This document shows positions 13,242 through 26,000 of a DNA stretch of 64,000 nt, one piece after another; within the stretch, counting starts at the first letter, position 1; every line of letters begins with the position of its first letter. This DNA comes from Chiloscyllium plagiosum (taxonomy: Eukaryota): positions 57,140,311 through 57,204,310 of the forward strand of contig NC_057719.1 of assembly GCF_004010195.1 (NCBI RefSeq), in the 5' to 3' direction. Below the pieces are notes generated by a model that worked only from the letters and a program-made list of their open reading frames with translations, searched no databases and was not told where the DNA came from. The translations under genes were made by a program, and so were the position numbers.

Positions 13242-13611
13242 ATACTATGGAATCCTGCCAACTATACTGGAAATGTCACAGGGAAGCACATAGATGATCC
13301 AAACATCAGAAGTCAGATTCCTGGCTCAGCTGGTTTCAGCACATTACAAAGAGGAAGGTAAATTAAGGATAACTAAGGAACATGTACTCTATCTACACAG
13401 AATTACATCCTGAGGAGTTTTATTTTTGGTTGATTCTTCTCCGTTCCCATCAGTCCTCTCTTCATCTTTTCCAGCAAGATTCCATTCAACTATTCCAGCA
13501 ACCTTTATTGTCACCAACTACTGGTGACAAACTGTGTGGCTTTCTTGGTCAGTGACCTCTATCACTATCGCCATCTACTGCTGCAGTTCCCACTACAATA
13601 TGGTACTTATT

Positions 13612-13739
13612 AAAAACTGAAAGAAATGCGGATGTTGAAAATCAGAAATGAAAATAGAAATTGCTGGAAAAGCTCAGCATGTCTGGCAGCATCTGTAGAG
13701 AGAAATCAGAATTAATGTTTCGAGCCCAGTGACCCTTCC
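13612..13739 (-). mobile_element. PLE pLTR fragment, family C
   Basis: Reverse-complement homologue of 775-910. Confidence 0.7.
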
Positions 13740-14093
13740 AAGCTTCCTATGTTGGAATCAGACACATCCCAAAAATGTCTCAAGCAGGATGCCAAGCCTA
13801 TTTACTTGGTTACAAAGTCCTTACGCCAGCTCACAGAAATTCTCTCTTCAGTTTTTGGAATACAAAGATTCCATAAATAATTCCTTATTCTGCAAGCATT
13901 TTGTTGTTCACACAAAGTACAAACCATCTGTCAACATCCTCTCACTACAGCACATTCACAACTACAGTACCTGCATGTCAAGATCCAAGGGTACAATTTT
14001 AACGTCCAATTCAAACCAGGTTCACAACGAGTATTAATGATATTCTTAGCAGAGTTTCAAATCCAGCTTAGTGAAAAGAAATTCCTCAAGTTG

Positions 14094-14244
14094 GCGAAAG
14101 TGAAGACTGCAGATGCTGGAGATTAGAGTCGAGATTATGGAGCTGGAAAAGCACAGCAGGAAGGGCTTTTGCCCGAAATGTTGATTTTCCTGCTCCTCGG
14201 ATGCTGCTTGACCTGCTGTGCTTTTCCAGCACCACACTCTAGGC
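14094..14244 (-). mobile_element. PLE family A fold-back element (asymmetric arms)
   Basis: Tail on the left; TSD TCCTCAAGTTG at 14083-14093 and 14245-14255. Confidence 0.82.
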
Positions 14245-16178
14245 TCCTCAAGTTGCTCACTCCTTTTCTGAAGTGTGGTCTCCACATTAAAGGAGTTTAA
14301 GCTATGAATGAAAGGTGACCTGACAGTTGAACAATATGTTTTACCCATTTGGTGTACGCTTGAGAAATAATGACCAGGTTGACTGCTTGTGACATGAAGC
14401 CCTGCAATATGTATAGTCCAAATCCAAGGCCACAATATGTAATAAGTGGTTAGCAAATAACCAGCTATCTATTCTGAATTTCCCTTTTTGGAACATAGTT
14501 TAATATGACGCTAAAGCATGAATGTTATCTCCGACTCAGCACAAACCTGAAATAGGAAGGTAGTGTTTTGAATGCTTCCAATTACTTCCATCATGCCCCA
14601 TTTTCATTTGTTTGGGAAACATGATGTGCTGTGACCTGATATTCACTTAAAGTGATGTTTAGTTTGTAATGTCACTCCCTGCTGGAAATTCAAATCTCTG
14701 TGGTGTTTGTATAGATGCGCGAATTCCTGAAAACTGAAGGAACCCATTGTGGTAAATAAGTTTGTGGTCTATGGGGGATGCCTGCAATTGAGTTGGAACT
14801 TTTGACAGGTACATTTTAAGGCAGTTGCCAATGGTTACTCATATCCCCATGTCCCCTCTTATGTCCCTTCACATCGCCCATGTTTCCTCCACTCGCATTA
14901 TCCTAAACATCTTCCGTGCCCATTCTTCTAGTTTCCACCATGTATAAAACCAATGAACTATTGGCAATTTTGGCATGTCTTTGACAAGCACCTGAAACTG
15001 ACACAACAAGCAGAGAAGATTGAAAAAGATATGAAACAGAATTACTCAGCATATCAGTGTTAAAAGCTTTCATCCATTTTACATCTCTTAAATGACTGTA
15101 AATAAATACAACGGCATTGTCAAATCACAACGAAAAAATAACACATATGAAATTAACGATGTGAATGAAGAAAGTTTGCATTTCTCTGTAAGCCATCTCA
15201 ACAGACTCAATGCTGAGCTGTGTGTATTGACCATTTTTGGAACCCAGTCCAATATTCATAATGAGACATCTACAAAACATGCTTAGCTATCTGTCCACAT
15301 TGTTTCTGTTGATACAATTGCATGGGGGAATATCTGACCCTTTGTGTTTAAAAACTAATTATCCTGTTACTATTAGTTTCTTAGAAAACTGAACCTGTAT
15401 TCAGTTCTTCCAACTGTGTATTCCCAGGTCTCTGTCAACGCCAAATAGATGAAAGAGCATTTTTCTTTGCTTTGCTACATTCCACTTCTTCCTTGCATTA
15501 TTTTGATAATGACCTCTTCCCTGAGTTAGCTTGGTTATGAATCACATCTCATTTATGTGAAATCAGACATATGAATGCACAACCTATAAGTTTCTCATGC
15601 ACTGGACTGATAATCAATGACATTTAAAAAAGGTTGTATGTTTCAAATTATTTTGACTCATGCAAGAATTAAGGAAATTGTATTGTAAAATGTGTCTTTT
15701 TGCATTTATTGGATAACAACAAAGTACAGGAGTAGAGGAAAATGGCTCAATGACATTTTATGAATTACAATTTACAAATCAAAATCATAAAATCTATTTT
15801 TGTGAAATTATCAGTTTTATGAAATTATTCTTTCTGAAACCAAGACAAAATATGGATTAATTATATTAGTTGATTTAACTGACATATTCAAACAAATTGA
15901 TTAAAATAGGTTCAACACATCAATTCAAACAGCGTACGTCATTCTTATCTCGCACCATGTTTCCCTATATTTACTGCTTTTAGTTAATTGGATACCTAGT
16001 CAATGGACTATCAAAAGTTTTTGTACTTTAAGCCATACTTGTATAAACAAGCTAATTCATTCCTGTGTCTTCTCTCTAATTGCAAAATTTCTAATGTTAC
16101 GATGAATGATAATGTTAATTCGAATTCCCACAATCATGCGGATTTGCTAGTTTCTACATTTATAGCAAGCAACTGACA

Positions 16179-19100
16179 ATTCTGGGTAATGCAAGATGGA
16201 GGATGGGAAAACGTTGTGGCTGTAAGGGCTGCTCCTTTTTTGAGATATTCTAGGTGTTGGAGGTGATTTCCTCGAATTCCAGGAGCAGCAATTACAGCTT
16301 GATATACTGTTGCATTGTCTTGGAACTTTGGGTGAAAAAAGATCAAAACAACACTTTAAGAAGGAGGAAGACAGACAAAGAAGAGATCACATGGTCAGAG
16401 AAAAAAAACCTATACACCTGACTGACATAGCAGTGAATCTGCACAGTTACTACCTTTGCTGTTTGAGTTCAAGTATCTCTGGACATTGGACTGTGTCTAG
16501 GAAAAATTAACAAACAGCGAAATGCACAGCTGAGCTTGGAGGAACCTGTGTGGAAAAGCTCACAGCACAAGAACAGATAAGGGCATAGTTTTAAGTTTTT
16601 GCCTTGCTGTAAATCTACAACAGTGGGTAGAGTGCATTCTTTCTTGATTATATGTTTTATTGAGATCTGTCTCTTGATTAAATTTTAAAAATATAAGCCA
16701 TAAGTATTAAGTTAGCATGGAGCAATTTTTTTTAGAGCAATAAGATGGTGCTATTTTCTGGGTCTGTAGATTGTGAAGGTGCAATGATGGCCTTAAGTTG
16801 AGTGATAGGTTCTTCCTGTCGGATATCAGAGCCTTAGGGAGAGATTCCATGTTACTGATGATTATGTTGGCAAGAAGTGTATTTGGTTATGAATCCTATC
16901 AGATCGCATGGATAGGTTGGAGTGACAGTTAGAGGCAATAAGGAATTTGTAGGAGCTGGGGTGTAATGGATGGTAGTTATAGGAAAAGAGAAAAGCTGCA
17001 GATACAGTTAGGTAAATGGGTTAACTGCAGGAAAGGTAGGAGAGGTAGGCAGGTAGTGCAGGAGTCTCCTGTGGTTATCCCCATCTCAAATAAGTTTGCT
17101 GTTTTGGAAAATGTAGGGGTGATGAACTCTCAGGAGAATGTAGCATGAACAGCCAGGTTTCTGACACCAACACTGTCATGAGGGGTATATCATGTTCAAA
17201 GTAATTGATTATGATAGGAGACTCTCAAGTCAGAGACACAGACAAACGTTTCTGTTGCCAGCCCTGAGAAATCAGAACGGTGTGTTGCCTCCATGGTGCT
17301 AGGATCAAAGATCTCTCAGAGAGGGTGCAGAATATTCTCAAAGGGGAGAGGGACCAGCAGGAGGTCATTGTACACATTGGAACTAACAACAAAAGGAGGA
17401 AAATGGATGAGATTCTGAAGGGTGAATATGGAAAGTTACGCAGAAATTTAAAAAGGAGGTCCTCAAGGGGAGTAATGTCTGTATTACTCCTGGTGTTATG
17501 AGCTAGTGAGGCTAGGAATAGGGGGAATAGAACACATGATTTTTTGGGTGAGGAGCTGGTGCAGGGAAGAAGGGTTCACATTTTTGGATCATTGGAATCT
17601 CTTCTGGGGTAGAAGTGACCTGTATAAGAAGGAGGAATTGCACTTGAATTGGAAACGGTCTAATATACTGGCAGAGAGATTTGCTAGAGCAGCCCTGGAG
17701 GATTTATACTAGTAGATGTGGGGTGGGGGGTGGGACCCAGGGAAATAACGAGGAAAGAGATCAATCTGAGACTGGTACAATAAGAAAAAGGAGCAAGTCA
17801 AACAGTCAGGACAAGCAGGAACAAAGCAGAGAACAAGGTAAGACTGATAAATTAAACTGCATTTACTTTCATGCAAGAGGCCTAACAGGGAAGCCAGATT
17901 AATTCAGGGCATGGTTAGGAACATGGGCCTGGGATATCAAAGCAATTACAGAGACGTGGCTCAGGGTGGACAGGACTGGCAGCTTAATGTTCCAGGATAC
18001 AGACGCTACAAAAGGGGAGGCAAGAGAGGAGGGGGAATGGTGTTTTTCATAAGGGATAGCATTACTGCTATATTTAGGGAGGATATTCCTGGGAATGCAT
18101 CCAGGGAAGTTATTTGCGTGGAACTGAGAAATAAGAAAGGGATGATCACCTAATTGGGATTGTATTATAGATCCCCAATAGCCAATGGGAAATTGAGAAA
18201 CAAATTTGGAAGGAGAGTTCAGTTATCTGTAAGTATAACGGGATAGTACCGGTAGGGGATTCTAACTTTCCAAACATAGACTGGGACTGCCATAGTGTTA
18301 AGGGTTTAGATGGAGAGGAATTTAAGTGTGTACAAGAAAATTTTCTGATTCAGTATATGGATGTACCTACTAAAGAAGGTGCAAAACCTGACCTACTCTT
18401 GGGAAATAAGGCAGGGCAGGTGACTGAGGTGTCAGTGGTGGAGCACTTTCTGGCTAGCAACCATAATTCTATTAGTTTTAAAATCATGATGGAAAATGAT
18501 AGACAAAGTCTAAAAGTTAAAGTTCTAAATTAGAGGACAGCCAATTTTGACAATATTAGGCAAGAACCTTTAAATATTTATTGGGGGCAGATGTTCGCAG
18601 GCAAAGGGACAGCTGGAAAATGGGAATGGTTCAAAAATGAGATAACGAGAGTCCAGTGACAGTATATTCCTGTTAGGATGAAATGAAAAGCTGGTAGGTA
18701 TAGGGAATGCTGGATGACTGGAGAAATTGAAGTTTTGGGTAAGAAAAATAAGGAAGCAAATGTCAGGTATAGACAGTAGAGATCGAGTGAATCCTTAGTA
18801 GAGTATAAAGGCAGTAGGAGCATACTTAAGAGGGAAATCAGGAGGGCAAAAGGGGGACGTGAGATAGCTTTGGCAAATAGGGTTAAGGCGAATCCAAAGG
18901 ATTTTTATAAATACATAAAGACAAAAGGGTAATAGGGAGAGAATACATCCCCTCAAAGATCAGCAAGGCAGCCTTTGTATGGAACCGCAGGAGATGGGGG
19001 AGATACAAAATGAGTATTTTGCATCAGTGTTTACTGTGGAGAAGGACATGGAAGATATAGGATGAAGGGAAATAGATGGTGACATCTTGAAAAAAGTCCA

Positions 19101-20700
19101 TATTACAGAGGAGGAAGTGCTGGATGTTTTAAATCACATAAAAGTGGATAAATCCCCAGGACAGATCAGGTGTACCCTAGAACTCTGTGGGAAGCTAGGC
19201 AATTGATTGCTGGGTTCCTTGCTGAGATATTTCTATCATCATTAGTCACAGTGAGCTGCCAAAAGACTGGAGTTTGGCAAATGTGGCGCCGCTATTTAAG
19301 GGAGGTGATAAGGAAAAGCCAGGGAACTATAGACCAGTGAGCCTGACATCAGTGGTTGGTAAATTGTTGGAGGGAAACCTGAGGGGCAGGATTTACATGT
19401 ATTTGGAAAATATACTGTTCGGGATAGTCAACATGGCTGTGTGTGTGGGAAATCATGTCTCACGAAGTTGATTGAGTTTTTTGAAGAAGTAACAAAGAGG
19501 ATTGATGAGGGTAGAGCAGTGGATGTGAGCTACATGGACTTCAATAAGATGTTCAACAAGGTTCCCCATGGTAGACTGGTTAACAAGGTTAGATCTTATG
19601 GAATACAGGGAGAACTAACCATTTGGATACAGAACTGGTTTGAAGATAGAAGACAGAGGGTATTGGTGGAGGGTTGCTTTTCAGATTGGAGGCCTGTGAC
19701 CAGTGGTGTGCCACAAGGATCAGTGCTGGGTCCACTGCTTTTCATCTTTTATATAAATGATTTGGATGTGAACATAAGAGGTATTGGAGACATAGTGGAC
19801 AGCGAAGAAGGTTACCTCAAATTACAACAGGATCTTGATCACATGGGCCAATGGGCTGAGGAGCGGCAGATACACTTTAATTTAGATTAATGTGAGGTGC
19901 TACATTTTGTAAAGGCAAATCAGAGCAGGACTTATACACTTAATGGTAAGGGCCTGGGGAGTGTGGCTGAACAAAGAGACCTTGAAGTACAGGCTCATGG
20001 TTCTTTTAAAGTGGAGTCATAAGTAGATAGGATAGTGATGAAGGTGTTTGGTATGCTTTCCTTTATTGGACAGAGCATTGAGTATAGGAGTTGGGAGGTC
20101 ATGTTGCAGCTGTACAGGACATTGGTTAGGTCATTTTTGGAATATTGCAATCCAATCTGGTCTCCTTCCTATCAGAAGGATGTTGTGAAACTTGAAAGGG
20201 TTCAGAAAAGATTTACAAGGATGTTGCCAGGGTTGGAGGATTTGAACCGCAGGGAGAGGCTGAATAGGCTAGAGCTGTTTTCCCTGGAACATCAGAGGCT
20301 GAGCGGTGACCTTATTGAGGTTTATAAAATCATGAGGGGCATGGAAAAGGTAAATAGTCATGGTTTTTTTCCCTGGGGTGAGGGGGTTCAAAACTAGAGG
20401 GCATAGGTTTAGGGTGAGAGGGGACCTAAGAAAATTTAAAAGGGACCTAAGGGACAACTTTTCCACGCAGAGAGTCGTGAATGTATGGATTGAGCTGCCA
20501 GAGGAAGTGGTGGAGGCTGGTATAATGACAACATTTAAAAGGCATTTGGATGTGTATATGAGTCAGAAGGGTTTAGAGGGATATGGGCCAAGTGCTGGCA
20601 AATGAAACTAGATTAATTTAGGATATCTGTTCGGCATTGGCAATTTGGACCGAAGGGGTCTGTTTCCATGCTGTACACGTCTCTCTCTCTCTCTCTCTGA
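16179..20700 (+). mobile_element. Near-full-length decayed CR1 LINE (5' UTR, ORF1 Zn-finger/zipper/esterase, ORF2 APE endonuclease and RT, 3' tail)
   Basis: ORF1 VIVHIGTNN and ELHLNWK; EN LNCIYFHARGL; PGNYRPVSLTSVVGKLLE; SGVPQGSVLGPLLF; LERVQKRFTRML; many stops and frameshifts; 5' UTR shared with 61639. Confidence 0.93.
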
Positions 20701-21394
20701 TCTCTGCAGCCTCAACCATGACATATCAATGAGTTTTCTCTGAGTGTTTTTTAGAGACATTTGCTGTCTTAACAGGTTCTTTACAGGTGGAGGAAGTAGT
20801 CCTCCAAATTTTTCAATAATTCAAATTGTCTGCTGTTACCAAGCTGCCAAAAGTTTCAATCTCTGATGAAAATAATAAAAAATATCTGCAAAGTATTCAC
20901 TAATTAGCATTAGCACAATTAGACAATCCGATGCATCAGTGAATGGTTGTCTAATTTGCTGTTTGTGTAAAGCTATGTCATTCCCTGTCCTACAACATGA
21001 GTAGTACAAAGTCCCTATTATACATAATAATGCCAGCCATTCTGTGGTGTCTTTGCATTTCTCTTTGGCACTGCTGCAAAAACAAGTTGAAGGAATATAC
21101 TAGTGATTTAATGGTTATGGGCCCCTCTGTTTCAAGAAATGCAATTTGATGGTGCCGAACCTGTTACCTCTGCCCACAGAATGTTTGAATTGTGGACAGG
21201 TAATGTTCAGGTTTGTTTTCAGTCTAGACAGGATCAAAGCATCAAAGAAGTTGGGTAGTCAGGTGTTGAAGTGTGCTGGTTAGAGGCCCACTAGGGCTTT
21301 CCATGACACCAGCCTAATACTATGCATGGTCATTATGCTCCTAGTCTTTGCCCCTCAACCACATACCTTTCTGCCCCTTCATTCTTCCCCCATT

Positions 21395-21850
21395 AGACCA
21401 TAATACCAAAGGACATAGGAGTAATAATCAAGCCATTCAGCCCATCAAGTCTGCTCCACCATTCAATAATGGCTGATAGGTTTTTCAACCCCCTTTTCCC
21501 GCTTTCTTCCTGTAACGTTTGATGCCCTTGGCAATCAAGAACTTATCTATCTCTATTTTAAATATACTCAATGACCTGGCCTCCACAGCCTTCTGTTGCA
21601 ATGAATTCCACAGATTCACCACTCTCTGGCTACAGAGGTTTCTCCTTATCTCTGTTCTAAAAGGTCTTCCCTTTTTCTCCAAGAATGTGCCCCCAGCTCC
21701 TCATCTCTCCCGCCAATGGAAACATGTTCCCAATGTCCACTCTGTCCAGGCCATCCAATATTCTGTAAATTTCAATCAGATCCCCCCCTCACCCTTCTAA
21801 ATTCCATCAAGTATAGGCTCACAATCCTCAAACTTTCCTCATATGTTTCC
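21395..21850 (-). mobile_element. CR1 3' fragment
   Basis: ORF 21485-21682 FRTEIRRNLCSQRVVNLWNSLQ...FKIEIDKFL. Confidence 0.85.
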
Positions 21851-22009
21851 CACATAATTCACCCACACTCTTCCATGCTCTTCGAAGACCCCAATGTCCT
21901 CTCCATGTCTCCTTATGCCTTCTCCGTGGCCACCTTGTATCCTCAACAGCTTTTCTTAAGAACCTTCCTTGAGGAAGCCTGCTGAGGACCTTACTGAGAC
22001 GTAAGTTGT

Positions 22010-22130
22010 CATTGTCAAGCATGTGGATGTACATGGAATAGTGTAGGTTTGATGGGCTTCAGATTGGTATGACAAGTCGGTGCAACATCGAGGGCCGAAG
22101 GGCCTGTACTGCACTGTAATGTTCTATGTA
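22010..22130 (+). mobile_element. CR1 3' tail
   Basis: GAGGGCCGAAGGGCCTGTACTGCACTGTAATGTTCTATG. Confidence 0.7.
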
Positions 22131-22703
22131 TGTTTCAAAGGTCATGAAAAGTGTCCATCATGTTTGAATGCTGTTCTGATAAATTTTAAATTCGATGATT
22201 GATCACTGGGTTCTGTGCCGAAAGGTGAAGTTGACCATTATATTGATTGGCATTGCATAGGTGTTGAGGTATATAGGAGAATCTTAGTCATTGAGAATGT
22301 GTCTTATGCATTCAAAACTATTACAAATTGTGCTAGGAAAAATGGTTGTCATTATTTTTAAAAAATGTCCAGTTGCAAAACATTAAATAAAAGCTAACCA
22401 TCTTCTCTGGGACTGTATTCAATGAGAGGCTATCTCCTCTAATTTAGAGAAGTAAAACCAGCTGTATGTTCCTTTAATTTTTGTACTGACCTGAATGGTT
22501 TGTTGGGAGAGCTATGGCCTTTTAAAGAACACTTGGCTAATTTCAAAAACTAATAATAGTTTGAGCACATACTGGCCCCACCATATCCTTCCATCATCCT
22601 AAGCATCCTTTTATAGCACTCTAAACTCCTACCTCATCCACATAGCTGCCCTAACCACTCACAAGATCCATAATGGACAGACCTCATGGAACCATATATT
22701 ATA

Positions 22704-23243
22704 TTCAGAATTAGGTTTTATTGTCAATTACTGGGATACAGGAGTACAGAGAAAAATGTACAAAGTCACCGTTCCCGGCATCATCTTAGGTACAAAGAAC
22801 AAAAATAAAGAACTAAGTTAAAAATTCAGAATTACATGACTTCTTTAGCCATGGACCTGCAGATGCTCCATGCTGGGCTTTCCCCAGGGAGCTTGGAGTC
22901 CCCAGTAGGGCCTAATCTCTCCTCCATGCTGCTGTCTCGCTGTCCATTGCCAGAGTGCCAGCCAACCCCATCTGGGTATACCAGGCACTTCACCGCTGAC
23001 TTTCACCTGATTCACCAGCCACCTTGTGGCTGAGCTCCAAAGTCCCACTTCAGACCCCAGCCACTGCCACACTCTGGATCCCGTCATGCTGTTACCTCCG
23101 TGACCTGATCACTCCAGAAAGTAAGTTTACAACAAAAACCAAACTAAACAAAAGAAAAAAAAGTGTAAAAAAAAAGAACGGATGGAGTGAATGAGTCCTG
23201 GGCTCAAAGCCCAGACACTGCCTACTCTGCTGCCACCATCTTG
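22704..23243 (-). mobile_element. Unclassified non-autonomous retroposon with Rex1/Babar-like 3' end
   Basis: Minus strand starts CAAGATGGTGGC, then a T-rich tract, a GC-rich body, and ends TTTCTCTGTAC...TGACAATAAAA; same layout as 24256-24980. Confidence 0.5.
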
Positions 23244-23862
23244 CTAAATAGAAACCCTTTGACTTTAAAAAACCTCTAAAACTGTTAATTAAACACATGT
23301 CCTCTTATATTTCAGTGCAAAAAATGTATGAGTCCTACTGAAACAAAAATGAAATCCTCTTAAATAGTCTTAAACTTGTGAAAATAAACAAACATCCACT
23401 CAAAGACAGTTAATGCAATAATAACCTATAAAAACTGTCAACACACTAAGCTCTCAGTCCATTGCCAACTGTGCAAACAATTTCATGCCGTTCTCAGACA
23501 TGAAACTCAGCCAAATATTAATAATGAACCCAGCTCTGTCAACAAACCATAAGAACTCAAAGTGATGGATCCTTTTGAAATTGAACAGACAGTCGGCTTT
23601 TCTTTCAATGGCTTCTTATCTAAGGGGGTACAAAAGCAGATAGGCTTTCCTTGAACCTTATGCAGTCTGGACTTTTACATCAATGCTCATATAATGACAG
23701 TATGTTTCCCTCGCACATTGTTCAACTGTTTTGAATATAAAAGAACACATTCTACCATGTGAAAAGTACTCTTATTCATCTTGACATTGACCAATGTAAT
23801 GGTCAACTTCAGCAGAGAACCCAATCTAACTCATCAGAATAACATCTATTATTGTCATTTGA

Positions 23863-24181
23863 TGATTTGGAGATTTGGACTGGGGTGTAAAAAATGAAAA
23901 ATCACACAACACCAGGTTATAGTCCAACAGGTTTAATTGGAAGCACACTAGCTTTCGGAGTTCAAAACTATCATGTATTCGAACAGATGAAAGACTCAGC
24001 AGACAATCAAGATATTTTTCAATGTATAATTTCAGTTACATCACACTGTAAACTTTTACTATAAATTTTGTGCCTTACAATTGTGGCCTCCACAACCACC
24101 TGGTGAAGGAACGATGCTCCAAAAGCTAGTGCTTCCAATTAAACCTGTTGGACTATAACCTGGTGTTGTGTGATTTTTAAC
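23863..24181 (-). mobile_element. PLE fold-back element, family D, with internal 3' UTR spacer
   Basis: Arms AAAAATCACACAACACCAGGTTATAGTCCAACAGG and CCTGTTGGACTATAACCTGGTGTTGTGTGATTTTT; tail on the left; TSD ATTG(T/A)CATTTGA at 23851-23862 and 24182-24193. Confidence 0.82.
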
Positions 24182-24255
24182 ATTGACATTTGAGGTAGTC
24201 AAGACTTTTAAACATCACTGTCAGATTTTTCCTCATTCCTTAGCTGGCTTCTAGT

Positions 24256-24980
24256 AAGATATCGGTAGACTAGGGCTTCTAAGTCCGGGGCGTGTCTGCT
24301 CTGTCCATCCAATTTTCTTTTTGTTTCTTCTTTTTCTCTCTTTTTTCTTTTCTTTCTCTTTTATTTAATGACTTCTGTTTGAAGAGCCCGTTCCTGGTGA
24401 CAGCAGCAGCAGTGGCGGAGGAGTCCAGCGGGGGATTAGTGGCAGCAATGTCCGAGGTGAGTTCAGGTTCCGGCGGCCTCTGCATCGGCGAGGCAGCTGA
24501 TGGCTGATGCGGCAGAGGCGAGTTTGGGCCCAGTATGAGACCCTGCCGTATTGGCAGTGGCTGCAATGGCGAGGTGGACTCTAAGCTGACTCTTAGTGAC
24601 AGCGGAGTTGAGATTGCGATACCCAGTGGAAGTGGTGGCACCTGTATTGTCGAGGTCCAGTGAGGACTCACAATGCTGGAGAGAGATGATGCTGAAGATT
24701 GGGCGACTTTCATCCCAGCTCGGGCAGCACAGGGAAGGGGACTCCTACTTGGCCATCATGTGCATGACCCTTGGCAAAGCACTTAACAAGAAGGACTGTA
24801 AAGTGGAACACTCTCTCTTTTATTTCTTTATTTTTCTGTCTTTATATTTTATGTTTTGGTTTATTTTTCTGTGTTTTAAGATGGCATCGGAGGGTGACTC
24901 TATACAATACTTTTCACTGTACATTGTCACAAAATACGTGACAATAAATAAAACAAATTAAATCAAATAGAAATAAATCA
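24256..24980 (+). mobile_element. Unclassified non-autonomous retroposon with Rex1/Babar-like 3' end
   Basis: T-rich tract, CpG-containing body, 3' TTTCACTGTAC plus hairpin ATTGTCAC/GTGACAAT plus AATAAA and an A-rich tail. Confidence 0.55.
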
Positions 24981-25669
24981 AGTTCACGAGTTGACTTACT
25001 TGGCATAGTTCCCACAAGCTTCGAAATCTTGTTGCAACCAAATATTCAAACTTTCTTTCAACCTTTATAATGGCAACCCCAATGTTGAACACCATACATA
25101 GTGGCAGTGGGATCATTCTTCCTTCTCAGGGAAGATAGGTACAAGTCAGAAATAGAATGAGAATTTTGATATTGTAGCTCCACAGGTTCAGTTTGGCAAA
25201 ACCTGAACAATTTCTAAGCACATGCTGGAGAGTAAAGCTCAGTCGTTTATCTTAATGGTCTAGATTTTCTGGCCAGTGGCAACGTTGCAGCACATCAGGG
25301 TGAGCATATTAGAACTAGACAAGAAGAGGACACGTCCCCTTTTTTTTGCACTGTACATGGGTTTTGACTAGCCAGCTCTAAGCCAGTCTCTAGACTGAGG
25401 AGACCATCTGAATCTCTTGTTTAATTTTTACTTATCCTCCACACTACCACTGCATACCCCTTCTTATATTTTCCTTACATCACTCATGTTTGTGCGTGTA
25501 TTGACTCAGTAAAAAATACACCATTTTGCAAGAACATTATTTTCCACCACCCAGGAGAAATACCCACATGGCCAGTGAACCATTAACAAAGCCTGAACAA
25601 GTCCCCTTTTGATGACAGTAACAGTCATAGTCCATGTCTTTTAATGGTGTGTAGCTTAGTGAATACGCA

Positions 25670-26000
25670 AGGATTGTTGAGTGAATGGGTAGGTAGATGA
25701 CGTGAGTGAGTAGTTGAGATGGATAAGCAGGTAGGTGGTTGAGATGGATAGCTGTGAATGGGTGGTCAGATTGGAGGAGTACTGAGCTGATCAGCGAGGT
25801 GGTTGGGGTTATTGTATGAAGGTGAGCAGATGTGGGATTGTCAAGGTGGTTGGTGAGAGCGATAGTCATGTAGCCATTGGATACTCTGGTAGTCACAACA
25901 GGTTGGAGGGTTTAATCAGGTGACCAAGATTGTAGTTGGACTGGATCAGAGCTAACTAAGCAGTGGGAGTATTAGTCAGGTAGTAAGGAGTGGACTCCCA
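25670..26000. repeat. G/T-rich degenerate low-complexity tract
   Basis: Recurrent GGTAGGT and GTTGAGATGGATA motifs with strong C depletion. Confidence 0.5.

Noticed and set aside
14800..15340. Weak similarity to 22550-22700 and 23250-23600, possibly an ancient repeat
   Set aside because: Too diverged to define boundaries or class by eye
24279..24961. ORFs of 144 and 121 aa in a GC-rich patch
   Set aside because: They lie within a repeat-like element, include translated poly-T/A tracts and have no domain
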